This document shows, one piece after another, positions 10,058 to 18,824 of a stretch of 36,826 bases of DNA. Both the position numbers and the translations under genes were made by a program. The DNA lies in sequence record SRR20825010_3190; one strand, given 5' to 3'. The notes under the pieces were generated by a model. That model saw nothing but the letters and a program-made list of their open reading frames with translations, had not been told where the DNA came from and ran no database searches. Position 1 is the stretch's first letter; each line of letters opens with the position of its first letter.

Positions 10058-10447
10058 TTACTGGTTGACTTTGCTGTCGACGTAATTGCACAAGTCGCCA
10101 ACGGTCAACAAGTTGCCGAAGTCTTGAACCCGTGGGTTTTCTTGGAATTTCGACAAGTCGGCCCAAGGCATCCGCTTCTTAAGTTCGGCCATCCCGTCAG
10201 CGGTGACAACACCGTCTTGAACGTATTGGCTGTTCGTCAGAATGTCTTCAGGCGACAGTTCTTCGCGAGGAATTTGGATGTCGAAAGCTTTTTCGAGCTT
10301 GAACACGATGTCCAAGAAGTCGATTGATTCGGCACCGAGATCGCCCACCAAAGTGGCATCGCGAGTGGTTTCGTCATCGTCGACACCCAATGCGTCAACG
10401 AGAGCTTCTTGGACCTTGGTGAAAATTTCGTCTTCTGAGAGCGCCAT
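10058..10447 (-). CDS. Acyl carrier protein, extended (129 aa)
   Basis: DLGAESIDFLDIVFKLEKAFDIQIP with Ser41 as predicted phosphopantetheine site; acidic; C-terminal TVGDLCNYV helix; AGGA RBS upstream. Confidence 0.92.
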   Translation of the reverse strand: MALSEDEIFTKVQEALVDALGVDDDETTRDATLVGDLGAESIDFLDIVFKLEKAFDIQIPREELSPEDILTNSQYVQDGVVTADGMAELKKRMPWADLSKFQENPRVQDFGNLLTVGDLCNYVDSKVNQ

Positions 10448-10473
10448 CGTGCGTTCCTAATCCTAAGTGTGTT

Positions 10474-11007
10474 TCAAACAGAGTGAGGGGTCATGGTCGG
10501 CGATATGTTCTCGCCGGGACGGCGCAGGGCCATCGCGGCGGGTGAGTCGCTGAACAAGGAAAAAAATTGCTCGCGAGAGAGTCGTTGAACGTCCGCGTCG
10601 GTACCAAGATGTTCTGGGTCGCCACTAGAGCAGCTCTCAAGGACCAAACGAGCCGAAACGGTCGTTCGGTCGCCCTTGCGGGCTTTGGCTTTGACAATCG
10701 TCAACGCGCCGTCGCGTTTGAATATCTCCACTTCCACTGTCAGCGTCTCACCAGGCGATAAAAAGTCACCAAACTTGACGCTCTTGGCTTCGCGAAGAAG
10801 CACCAAGGCAGAATCAAAATCGGGCGACATTCGGATCAGCCACACGGCGGCTTGGTGCAATGCTTCGAGCATCATCACGCCGGGCATGACGGGGAACCGC
10901 GGGAAATGGTCGGCTAAGTATTCTTCGTTTGCCGCCAAAGTACGTTCGCCGACCAAGCGTTGGCCGGGGGTCAGTTCGGTAATTCGGTCGATTTGGCGGT
11001 ATTTCAT
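10474..11007 (-). CDS. FabZ-like 3-hydroxyacyl-ACP dehydratase
   Basis: IDRI, EEYLADHFPRFPVMPGVMMLEALHQ (His and Glu retained), VKFGDFLSPGETL. Confidence 0.9.
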   Translation of the reverse strand: MKYRQIDRITELTPGQRLVGERTLAANEEYLADHFPRFPVMPGVMMLEALHQAAVWLIRMSPDFDSALVLLREAKSVKFGDFLSPGETLTVEVEIFKRDGALTIVKAKARKGDRTTVSARLVLESCSSGDPEHLGTDADVQRLSREQFFSLFSDSPAAMALRRPGENISPTMTPHSV

Positions 11008-11014
11008 GCCGCGT

Positions 11015-11043
11015 AACTTAGTACCCCGCCCAAAACGCCTCAA
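11015..11043 (-). promoter_or_regulatory. Candidate sigma70-type promoter for the FabZ-ACP-FabZ-FabF cassette
   Basis: Minus strand TTGAGG (11043-11038), 17-nt spacer, TAAGTT (11020-11015), 7 nt before ATG 11007. Confidence 0.45.
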
Positions 11044-11107
11044 CCATAGAATCGGCACAGAATTGCACCGAAGCGGTCGAATTGGGCAAATTCTGCCCAG
11101 CAGAGGC

Positions 11108-12046
11108 TCACATTCGGGTGCTGGTACCCTTCGTCAGTGCCATAAAGGCCGATTCCAGGTCGAGTTCTTCCTCGGCAAATCGCTTCAATCCGATGCCGTT
11201 TTCGATCAGCAATTTGGGTAGTTCGCTGTAATCGTCCGTGTCACTATTGAGGATCACCCGAACGGCGTCATCGCCCGGCTGAGTCGACTGAACCAGTGGA
11301 TGGCCCTGGAAAAGCTCGGCGATTCGCGACATCTGCTCGCGTTGGCTCGGTTGAATGATCAACACGGTGTGTTCGCGAACCATGCGGATCACTTCGGTGA
11401 CGCGAGCGTTCTGCTTGAGTTCGCCGCGGTCGATGATTCCGACCTTGTTACAAACGTCGGCCAATTCCGGCAGGATGTGACTGCTGACGATCACGGTTTT
11501 GCCCATCTCACCGAGTCTGCGGAGCAGGTTTCGCATCTCGATCCGGGCTCGCGGGTCGAGTCCTGAGAGCGGCTCGTCGAGCAGCAGGACTTGGGGATCG
11601 TGCAGCAGCGTTCTGGCGAGACCCAAGCGTTGGGTTTGTCCGCGAGAGAGCGTGTTGGCGTAGGCGTCCCGTTTGAAGTCCAGGTCGACGACTTCCAGCA
11701 TTTCGTTGACGCGTTTGCGACGATCGGTTCCACCAATTCGGTACGAAGCGGCAAAGAACTCCAGGTACTCGACCACGGTCATGTCGTCGTACACGCCAAA
11801 GAAGTCGGGCATGTAGCCGACCAAGCGGCGGATTTCCTTGGGCTGCGTGTGGACGCTGTGCCCGCACACGTAAGCCTCGCCCCAGCTGGGTTCCAACAGC
11901 GTGGCGATGATCCGCATCGTCGTTGTTTTGCCTGCCCCGTTGGGGCCGATGAAACCGAACAGATCGCCCGCTTCCAGGTCCAAATCAATGGCGCGGATCG
12001 CGAATGCGTCGCCGTATTTTTTCGTCAGGTCAACTGTCTTGATCAC
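11108..12046 (-). CDS. ABC-2 type transporter ATP-binding protein
   Basis: Walker A GPNGAGKTT, signature LSRGQ, Walker B LLLDEP, SSH switch; likely GTG start at 12046. Confidence 0.95.
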   Translation of the reverse strand: MIKTVDLTKKYGDAFAIRAIDLDLEAGDLFGFIGPNGAGKTTTMRIIATLLEPSWGEAYVCGHSVHTQPKEIRRLVGYMPDFFGVYDDMTVVEYLEFFAASYRIGGTDRRKRVNEMLEVVDLDFKRDAYANTLSRGQTQRLGLARTLLHDPQVLLLDEPLSGLDPRARIEMRNLLRRLGEMGKTVIVSSHILPELADVCNKVGIIDRGELKQNARVTEVIRMVREHTVLIIQPSQREQMSRIAELFQGHPLVQSTQPGDDAVRVILNSDTDDYSELPKLLIENGIGLKRFAEEELDLESAFMALTKGTSTRM

Positions 12047-12091
12047 GAGCCGGCACGATGCAGAACAAGGGAAACAAACGGGGGAATTCAA

Positions 12092-14434
12092 TCAACGCCG
12101 GACTTCTTCGACCGGCAAAACCAATCGGACGTAGGAATTGGATTGCTCGGGCGTCGCGAGCGATTCGGTGGCTTCGGAGGTGTCATCCGAGTCGGATGAT
12201 TCCGTGGTTACGACCAACTCCGACCAGGGTGTTTTGCAACGTCCAATCAGAATGCATCGGTCCGCGGTCAACAAAGAACTGAAATCCAAATGACCAAGGA
12301 CCTCGTTGCGAAGCACCGTGTAGCGAGGACCGCCGACGGCATCGTGGAACATCAGCATCTCTGCCAAACGACGCGGTTGATCGACCATCGTCACGTCCCA
12401 AGATTCACCTTCGGAAGCACTTTCCAACGCTCGTTGTCGCGACAGTTGCCAGCGAAAGTTCTTTTGCCGAAGGGAGTCGACTTCGTCAATTCGCGAACCA
12501 GCAGGCAAGCGAGTGGGCAGCAAGTAAACCCAGTTTTGATAGATCAACATGCCGTCGAGTAGGTCGACCGGCAATGTGTTGACGAGTTCTCCATTGAGCA
12601 GTTCGCTGCCGCGTCGACGCTTGAGTGTTTGTTCCGGCATGTCCGTCGAGAACTGTGTCTGCAGTGCGATCGACTTGCTGCTCCGTGGCGACAGTCGCAT
12701 CCCGCCGATCTGGCTGCTCAGCGGAGATGCAGGATCGGCTTGCTTCAGCAAAACGCTGCAGGATTTTCCTGACGACTCGATTTGAATGCCGCCCATCGCC
12801 AAGCTGGGCGTGCCAAACGGTGCCAGGACCTGATGATGAAACTTATCTGCCACCGCTTTGGATTCTGCCGTGGTGCGAGTGGCGATTCGAATGCGATTGG
12901 ATGGGTGTGAGTAAATGAATGACCATCGAAACAGTCGGCCAAACCCGGACTGGGCATCGATATCGACAAATTCGATCGAGTTGGTTCGCAGCAACGCGTC
13001 GTCCGTCGCGGAATGGCTGGCCGCCGATGTGTCGGTTGATTTGGCATCCACCGACTTTCTGGGTTGAGCCGCCATCCACAGTCCGATCGACAGAGCGACG
13101 GAGACCGTGGGAAATGTCAGCCAGCCAATCCAACTGCTTTGGTTGAACTTTCGCATCAGCAAGTAGTCGAGTGGTCCAACCAACGCGATCAAGACGCCGA
13201 TGATCACTGCCAAAACAGCGAAGCTGAATGGGCGTTTGAGGTCAAAGCGATCCAGCGTCGCACGGGTTTGGCCAGCCAAATCAGCAAAGCCGCTGAGCCG
13301 AATGCTTTCGCTCACGTTGTCTTCGTCTGCATGCCGCAGCTGATCGCCGATCAAAAGCATGACCAAGTCCATCCGTTGGGGCCATTCGGCAAATTCGGGT
13401 GATTCCAGATCCGCCGCCAAGACCGTGATGTTGCCAAAACCGGATACATATCGAACAGCAAACGGTTGGCTCACCCTGCGACTGGTTCGACCGGAAATCA
13501 GCATTTCGCCGATGCCGTTGCGGCCGAAGGTTTTTGGAAGCTGAAGACCTTCAAACTCAGGAAGTCGAGTCTGACTGCTCGTGAACGTTTCCAAACCCGA
13601 TGGGTCCATTCGAGTTGTTGTGGCGGTCGCGACCGATTCGGGCAGCAAGTCCGCCAACCAATCGGCCGTGTCCAGCAATGCTTCCGCTTTTTCGCCCAGC
13701 GTCAGCAAGACTTGTCCGCCGTTGCGAACCCAATGTGCCAACGCGGTTCGTTGCGATGCACTGAGCTGTTTCAGGATCGGAATGCCTGCCGCGTTGATGA
13801 CTATCAAGTCGATGCCATCCAATGCCAACGCATGGTTCGGAACGGCGGCCGGGTCTTCGATTTGAGTCACCGCGACCGAAGCTTCGCGGTTGAGGAGTTC
13901 GTTCACCCCAATCGTGTCGATGGTCAGAGTGTCACCAAAAACCATGACCCAAGGCATTCCCAATGGAATCATCGCGGCGCCGTTCGCCGGAACACCTTTT
14001 TCGGGCAATCGCGTTTTCGCCAAGACTTGGTCGCCAGCCCGAATGACGATCGGGGCCGCTTCACTGCCGGGAATAACGAGCGCGAACGGAGAGTTCTCAG
14101 AAAGGTTGGGTTGTTCGTAAGTGACGACCGCTCCATCGCCATCCAGGGTTTCGATGACCAATTCGCTGAGTTGCTCAACGGGAATCGCATCGCTGATGGT
14201 TGATTCGCCTTGGGCGGTTTTCAATCGAATGGCGGTCCACTGGCCCGGTCGGTAGTGACCTTGGATCCCTGCCCAATTCGCTTGGACGCCGGGTGCCATA
14301 GCGTCTTGCGCCGCGGCGGTCGATTTCCAATCGATCGAAACCGTCGCTAGCACGGCAATTGCGAAAATCAAGATGAGCGAAGGCGTGAGCCTTCGATTTC
14401 GGCAGATGTTTGCAAATGCGTTCCGACTGCTCAT
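12092..14434 (-). CDS. Large membrane protein with probable class-I glutamine-amidotransferase-like domain and a central transmembrane hairpin
   Basis: N-terminal hydrophobic segment; LDGIDLIVIN...WVRNGGQVLLTLG...GFGNITV pattern; TM pair around LVGPLDYLL and WLTFP; ATG 14434 overlaps the upstream stop (ATGA). Confidence 0.8.
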   Translation of the reverse strand: MSSRNAFANICRNRRLTPSLILIFAIAVLATVSIDWKSTAAAQDAMAPGVQANWAGIQGHYRPGQWTAIRLKTAQGESTISDAIPVEQLSELVIETLDGDGAVVTYEQPNLSENSPFALVIPGSEAAPIVIRAGDQVLAKTRLPEKGVPANGAAMIPLGMPWVMVFGDTLTIDTIGVNELLNREASVAVTQIEDPAAVPNHALALDGIDLIVINAAGIPILKQLSASQRTALAHWVRNGGQVLLTLGEKAEALLDTADWLADLLPESVATATTTRMDPSGLETFTSSQTRLPEFEGLQLPKTFGRNGIGEMLISGRTSRRVSQPFAVRYVSGFGNITVLAADLESPEFAEWPQRMDLVMLLIGDQLRHADEDNVSESIRLSGFADLAGQTRATLDRFDLKRPFSFAVLAVIIGVLIALVGPLDYLLMRKFNQSSWIGWLTFPTVSVALSIGLWMAAQPRKSVDAKSTDTSAASHSATDDALLRTNSIEFVDIDAQSGFGRLFRWSFIYSHPSNRIRIATRTTAESKAVADKFHHQVLAPFGTPSLAMGGIQIESSGKSCSVLLKQADPASPLSSQIGGMRLSPRSSKSIALQTQFSTDMPEQTLKRRRGSELLNGELVNTLPVDLLDGMLIYQNWVYLLPTRLPAGSRIDEVDSLRQKNFRWQLSRQRALESASEGESWDVTMVDQPRRLAEMLMFHDAVGGPRYTVLRNEVLGHLDFSSLLTADRCILIGRCKTPWSELVVTTESSDSDDTSEATESLATPEQSNSYVRLVLPVEEVRR

Positions 14435-14751
14435 GGCTTCTCGCTCAGACTGCATTCGCACTGAAATCGTCCACAACCCGGGCAACCGTTGCCGTACTTC
14501 TTCGACAACGCTTCCGCCAAATCGATGTCGGCGACGTTTGCGATCGTGAACAACCAAGCAATCACGTCGGCAAATTCCTCCGCCAAATTTTCGCGGTCAT
14601 CCCCCCGTAAGGCGGAGGCGAGTTCGCCGACTTCCTCCATCAACCACATGAACGTTCCATCCACACCGCGAGCGACGTCTTTGTCGTAATACATGCGGTG
14701 GATGTGCTTTTGCAAATCCGCGATCGAGAGATCTTTGCTGGGAGACGTCAT
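14431..14751 (-). CDS. MazG-like nucleoside triphosphate pyrophosphohydrolase domain protein
   Basis: WLMEEVGELASA...LAEEFADVIAWL...KKY, plus C-terminal CPGC...CEC. Confidence 0.88.
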   Translation of the reverse strand: MTSPSKDLSIADLQKHIHRMYYDKDVARGVDGTFMWLMEEVGELASALRGDDRENLAEEFADVIAWLFTIANVADIDLAEALSKKYGNGCPGCGRFQCECSLSEKP

Positions 14752-15009
14752 GAAGAAGTCGGGCGGAGAAGGCGGAATTCGGCAAAGGCCGAGCGGAAGA
14801 TTGGATTCGAGATTGCCGGTCAGGCTACTTTGAAGCGTCAAACACGCAAAAAATCTTTATTCGATCGATTCGGATGATAGGCCAATTCGACTGCGAGGCG
14901 TATTCTAGCGACCCGAATCGGAACCGCGAGGCACCTTGGCATGCCTCCCTCTTGTGTCACGCTGTCTCCTTCCGTTCCGCCCAATTTCGGCACACTTGCA
15001 ACCAGTCGC

Positions 15010-16182
15010 ATGGAATCCACTTCGAAATCCGAAGTTCCCTCAACGCCTTCAGCCAAAGCGGCAAACATTAAACCGGCCAAGCTGAACTCGTACCCGTTTT
15101 ACAGCCCGCGTTTTTGGCACGGGATGCGGCCAGCCGCATGGTGGCGTTTGCTGCGCAGTGGCAGTTTCGAAATCAGTCCATCGCGAATCCCGATGGTGAT
15201 CAGCGTTTCACTGACAACATTCGTCAACACGCTGTTGACGTGGCTGCAGAACGTTTTGTTCGCGCGACGGCTTCGAGAAGCGGAATTGCATGGACCTCCG
15301 GTCTTTATCGTCGGCCACTGGCGAAGCGGCACCACGTTGCTGCACGAATTGATGGTTCGAGACGAGCGATTCAGTAGTCCGTCGACGTTTCAGTGCTTCG
15401 CACCCTCGCATTTTCTCGTGACCCAGTGGTTCTTTCGAAAATTCGCCAGTTGGTTGCTGCCGGGCAAGCGTCCGATGGACAACATGGATGCGGGGTGGGA
15501 ACGGCCGCAGGAAGACGAATTCGCGTTGATGAATTTGGGGCTGCCTTCGCCATATCGCAGAATTGCCTTTCCGCGCAGGAAGCAGGTCGACATGGAGTAT
15601 TTGGACCTGATCGATGTGTCCAACGAAGACCGCGAAACTTGGTTGTCGACATTGCGTTCGTTTTTGCTGCGAGTCAGCGTGTCGACGAATCGGCCGTTGG
15701 TGATCAAAAGTCCAACCCACACCGGCCGAATCGGTCATTTGGCTCGAGCGTTCCCGCAGGCCAAGTTCGTTCACATCACTCGCGATCCGCGGTCGCTATT
15801 TCCGAGCACCTGTCGTCTGTGGCGAAGTTTGGACGAGGTGCAGTCGTTGCAAACCAGCGACGAAGAAGGTCTGGATGAATACGTGCTGACTTGTTTGACA
15901 AAGATGTACGACTCGTTTCATGCGGATCGTCCAGAAATCGATGAGCATCACATCATCGACATTCGCTACGAAGATCTGATCGCCGATCCGGTCGGCACTC
16001 TACGAACGATCTACGAGTCGTTGCGGTTGAGCGATTTCGATACGGTCAGCGAAGACATCCAAGATTGGGCCGACAACGAACACCGGCAGTACAAAACAAA
16101 CAAGCATCAATTGGATCCGGATCAAGAAAAGCTCTTGCTGGATCGTTGGAGCGACTATTTTGACCGGTACGGATACCGTTGA
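15010..16182 (+). CDS. PAPS-dependent sulfotransferase (mycobacterial Stf3-like)
   Basis: PPVFIVGHWRSGTTLLHELM 5'-PSB loop, RPMDNM, PQEDEF, KSPTH, FVHITRDP, IRYEDL. Start uncertain (14941 or 15010). Confidence 0.9.
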   Translation: MESTSKSEVPSTPSAKAANIKPAKLNSYPFYSPRFWHGMRPAAWWRLLRSGSFEISPSRIPMVISVSLTTFVNTLLTWLQNVLFARRLREAELHGPPVFIVGHWRSGTTLLHELMVRDERFSSPSTFQCFAPSHFLVTQWFFRKFASWLLPGKRPMDNMDAGWERPQEDEFALMNLGLPSPYRRIAFPRRKQVDMEYLDLIDVSNEDRETWLSTLRSFLLRVSVSTNRPLVIKSPTHTGRIGHLARAFPQAKFVHITRDPRSLFPSTCRLWRSLDEVQSLQTSDEEGLDEYVLTCLTKMYDSFHADRPEIDEHHIIDIRYEDLIADPVGTLRTIYESLRLSDFDTVSEDIQDWADNEHRQYKTNKHQLDPDQEKLLLDRWSDYFDRYGYR

Positions 16183-16214
16183 TCTTTCTTTGAATTCACT
16201 GGATCGTTTGGATA

Positions 16215-17552
16215 ATGATGAACCGAATCTTCTCTCGCTCGTCCTATGCGTTCACGATTGCAACCTGTTTGTGCGCTAGCATGATCATTTCGGGTTGCTC
16301 GTCTTCAGCGACAACTGAGTCGACAGACAACGAAGCCGAAACCAAAACCGGTTCGGTTGCTGCGATCGACGAATTGCCGCCGGAGTCTCCAGAGGCCTCT
16401 TTTGAGCCGCCCGTTTTTGAGGCCAATGCAGAGAAGTTGCTGGCCAGTCGTTTGCCGATCGAACGAACTCGGGAGGGTTGGATTCGATTGTTCGACGGGC
16501 ACACTTTGTTTGGATGGGTGATCGGCGGGAACGCGAATTTCCGAGTGGATGATGAAACCATCGTGGCTGACCAAGGCGAGAACTGCCTGCTGACCACATC
16601 GACGCAGTGGAGCGACTACGAATTGGAATTGCAGTTCCAATGTGATGAAGAGACCAATTCGGGCGTCTTTGTCCGCACCACGCTGGATCCACAAGACGTC
16701 ACGACGGATTGCTACGAGGTCAATATCGCACCGCCATCCAACCCATTTCCAACCGGCGGTGTGGTCCAGCGAACGAAGGGCGAAACCTTCGACACCGATC
16801 CTGAAAAATGGCACACGATGAACATCCTGTGCGATGGTTCAACGTTGCGAGTCACGATCGATGGAACCGTCACTTGCGAATTGAATGATGCAACGCGGCC
16901 GACCACTGGCTACATCGGTTTGCAACACCGCGACGGCCGAGTCGCATTCAAAGACATCCAGTTGCGTCCGTTGGGACTGAAGAATTTGTTGGCCGATGGC
17001 CTGCAAGGTTGGACCGTTCGGGAAGGAATGGAAGGCGAGTATCGAATCAATGACGATGGTCATTTGGTTGTCGATGGTGGCAAGCAACAGCTCGAGACAA
17101 AGGCTGTATTCGGCGACTTTGTTATGTTGGCTGACTACAAGATGGACGATCCGAAATCTAACTCGGGTTTGTTCTTTCGCGCCATTCCCGGCGATGAAAT
17201 GATGGGATACGAGTGCCAGGTCAGCAACGAGTTGATCGATGGCAACCCGTTGCAGCCCGCCGATTGTGGTGCAGGCGGGATCTTTCGTCGTCAAGACGCT
17301 CGCGTGGTCGCCGGTGAACCGGAGCGATGGAATTCAATCTTGCTCGTCGCGGAAGGCAATCACTTCGCGACATGGGTCAACGGTTTGCAAGTGACCGATA
17401 TCGTTGACACTCGCAAGGCGGACGAAAACCCTCGCCGCGGACTTCGGCTGGAACCCGGTTCGATCATTGTGCAAGGTCATGACAAGACCACGCAGGCGAC
17501 CTATCGCCAGATCGCCGTTGCCGAGAAAGTCGCTGCAGAAGGCGGTGAATAG
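16215..17552 (+). CDS. Lipoprotein with two DUF1080 (3-keto-disaccharide hydrolase-like) domains
   Basis: Lipobox-like IISGC; GWIRLFDG, NSGVFVR, GYIGLQH, then a second repeat with NSGLFFR, GYECQV, GSIIVQGH. Confidence 0.88.
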   Translation: MMNRIFSRSSYAFTIATCLCASMIISGCSSSATTESTDNEAETKTGSVAAIDELPPESPEASFEPPVFEANAEKLLASRLPIERTREGWIRLFDGHTLFGWVIGGNANFRVDDETIVADQGENCLLTTSTQWSDYELELQFQCDEETNSGVFVRTTLDPQDVTTDCYEVNIAPPSNPFPTGGVVQRTKGETFDTDPEKWHTMNILCDGSTLRVTIDGTVTCELNDATRPTTGYIGLQHRDGRVAFKDIQLRPLGLKNLLADGLQGWTVREGMEGEYRINDDGHLVVDGGKQQLETKAVFGDFVMLADYKMDDPKSNSGLFFRAIPGDEMMGYECQVSNELIDGNPLQPADCGAGGIFRRQDARVVAGEPERWNSILLVAEGNHFATWVNGLQVTDIVDTRKADENPRRGLRLEPGSIIVQGHDKTTQATYRQIAVAEKVAAEGGE

Positions 17553-18808
17553 TGGTGGCGATGAGGCGGACGCGAGGCGGTTACGAAGCTTATTGGTCGC
17601 TCGCGTTGTTGGCTTTGATGGCCGCAACATTTCGATTGTGGTTGCCGGCTAGCTGGACCGGAACGGAGAGTTACCCTTCGGTACCAATGTTTGATCTGGC
17701 AAAGATAGGATTGTCGGAGCACAGCGCTGGTCTGATTTCGTTTGCGGCGACGCTGGCAATTGTGGTGGCTTGTTTCGCAACGATTGGATGGGAGCGATCA
17801 AGGTGGACGTGGCCGATCATCGCCATGTCGCTGGCGACTGCAGTGATGTTGGATCAGCATCGATTGCAACCTTGGGCGTATCAATCGTTTCTCTACGCAA
17901 TCTTGTTCGCTGCGGGACCACGGGACGAGTCAAGACGATTGTCTGAATCAACCTTCCGTTTGATTCGCTTGCTTACCATCAGCGTGTACGTGTTCAGTTC
18001 GATTGGTAAGTTTGACTTTCAATTTCTGCACACCGTTGGCCAGGACTTCCTCAAGGCTCCGCTGCAATGGGTCAGCGTCGATGTTTCGGCATGGCCAACA
18101 AGAACCAGGTTGATCGCAGCGGCTAGCTTCCCGGCCTTTGAATTGTGCGTTGCGATTGCATTGAGCTGGCCTCGAACACGCATGATCGGCGTCTGGATGG
18201 CGACGGCAATGCATCTCGGGTTGATCGCGGTTTTGTCACCGATGGGATTGGGGCACAGTCCCGGTGTGATCGTTTGGAACGCTGTGATGGGAATGCAAGC
18301 TTGGTGGTTGTTCGCAGGATCCGTTGTTGAAGCGAAGGATGAACCAAAGCCTGACATGAGCCGCGCAGGAGCTCTGTCTTGGGCGGTCGTCATCATTGCT
18401 CTCGTGATGCCGATCTTCGAACGTGCAGGCTACTGGGATCACTGGCTCGCGTGGGCACTGTATTCACCGCACAGCAGTCGAGTCACGGTGCAGATTCACG
18501 AGTCAGCAATCGATCAATTGCCGGAAGAATGGCAGACCGCGATCACCGCCGACGATGACTCAGATCGATGGCACGATTTTCATCTCGGTCAATTGTCGCT
18601 GGTCGTTCGAAGAGTACCCGCCGTCCCTCAGGCTCGGTACCAATGGGCGCTAGCGGATCGAATCATCCAGCAGTCCGGTATCGAAAACCAAGTTCGCGGC
18701 AAGGTCCAATCCGCATCCGACCGGCGGACGGGCGAACGGGACGAACAGTGGTGGACACGACGGGACGAGTTTGAGAAAGCCGGAAAGCGGTTCTGGTTGG
18801 TGCCTTGA
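17552..18808 (+). CDS. Polytopic membrane protein (HTTM/DoxX-like)
   Basis: About 8-9 hydrophobic segments; DQHRLQPWAYQ, YVFSSIGK, MHLGL, WDHWLAWALYS; overlaps the upstream stop (GTG 17552; ATG 17561 is an alternative). Confidence 0.75.
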   Translation: MVAMRRTRGGYEAYWSLALLALMAATFRLWLPASWTGTESYPSVPMFDLAKIGLSEHSAGLISFAATLAIVVACFATIGWERSRWTWPIIAMSLATAVMLDQHRLQPWAYQSFLYAILFAAGPRDESRRLSESTFRLIRLLTISVYVFSSIGKFDFQFLHTVGQDFLKAPLQWVSVDVSAWPTRTRLIAAASFPAFELCVAIALSWPRTRMIGVWMATAMHLGLIAVLSPMGLGHSPGVIVWNAVMGMQAWWLFAGSVVEAKDEPKPDMSRAGALSWAVVIIALVMPIFERAGYWDHWLAWALYSPHSSRVTVQIHESAIDQLPEEWQTAITADDDSDRWHDFHLGQLSLVVRRVPAVPQARYQWALADRIIQQSGIENQVRGKVQSASDRRTGERDEQWWTRRDEFEKAGKRFWLVP

Positions 18809-18824
18809 ACTACCGATCGGGTGA

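Noticed and set aside
14431-14751. MazG as part of an anti-phage or toxin-antitoxin module
   Set aside because: No toxin, nuclease or defence-like neighbour, and no compositional sign of an island.
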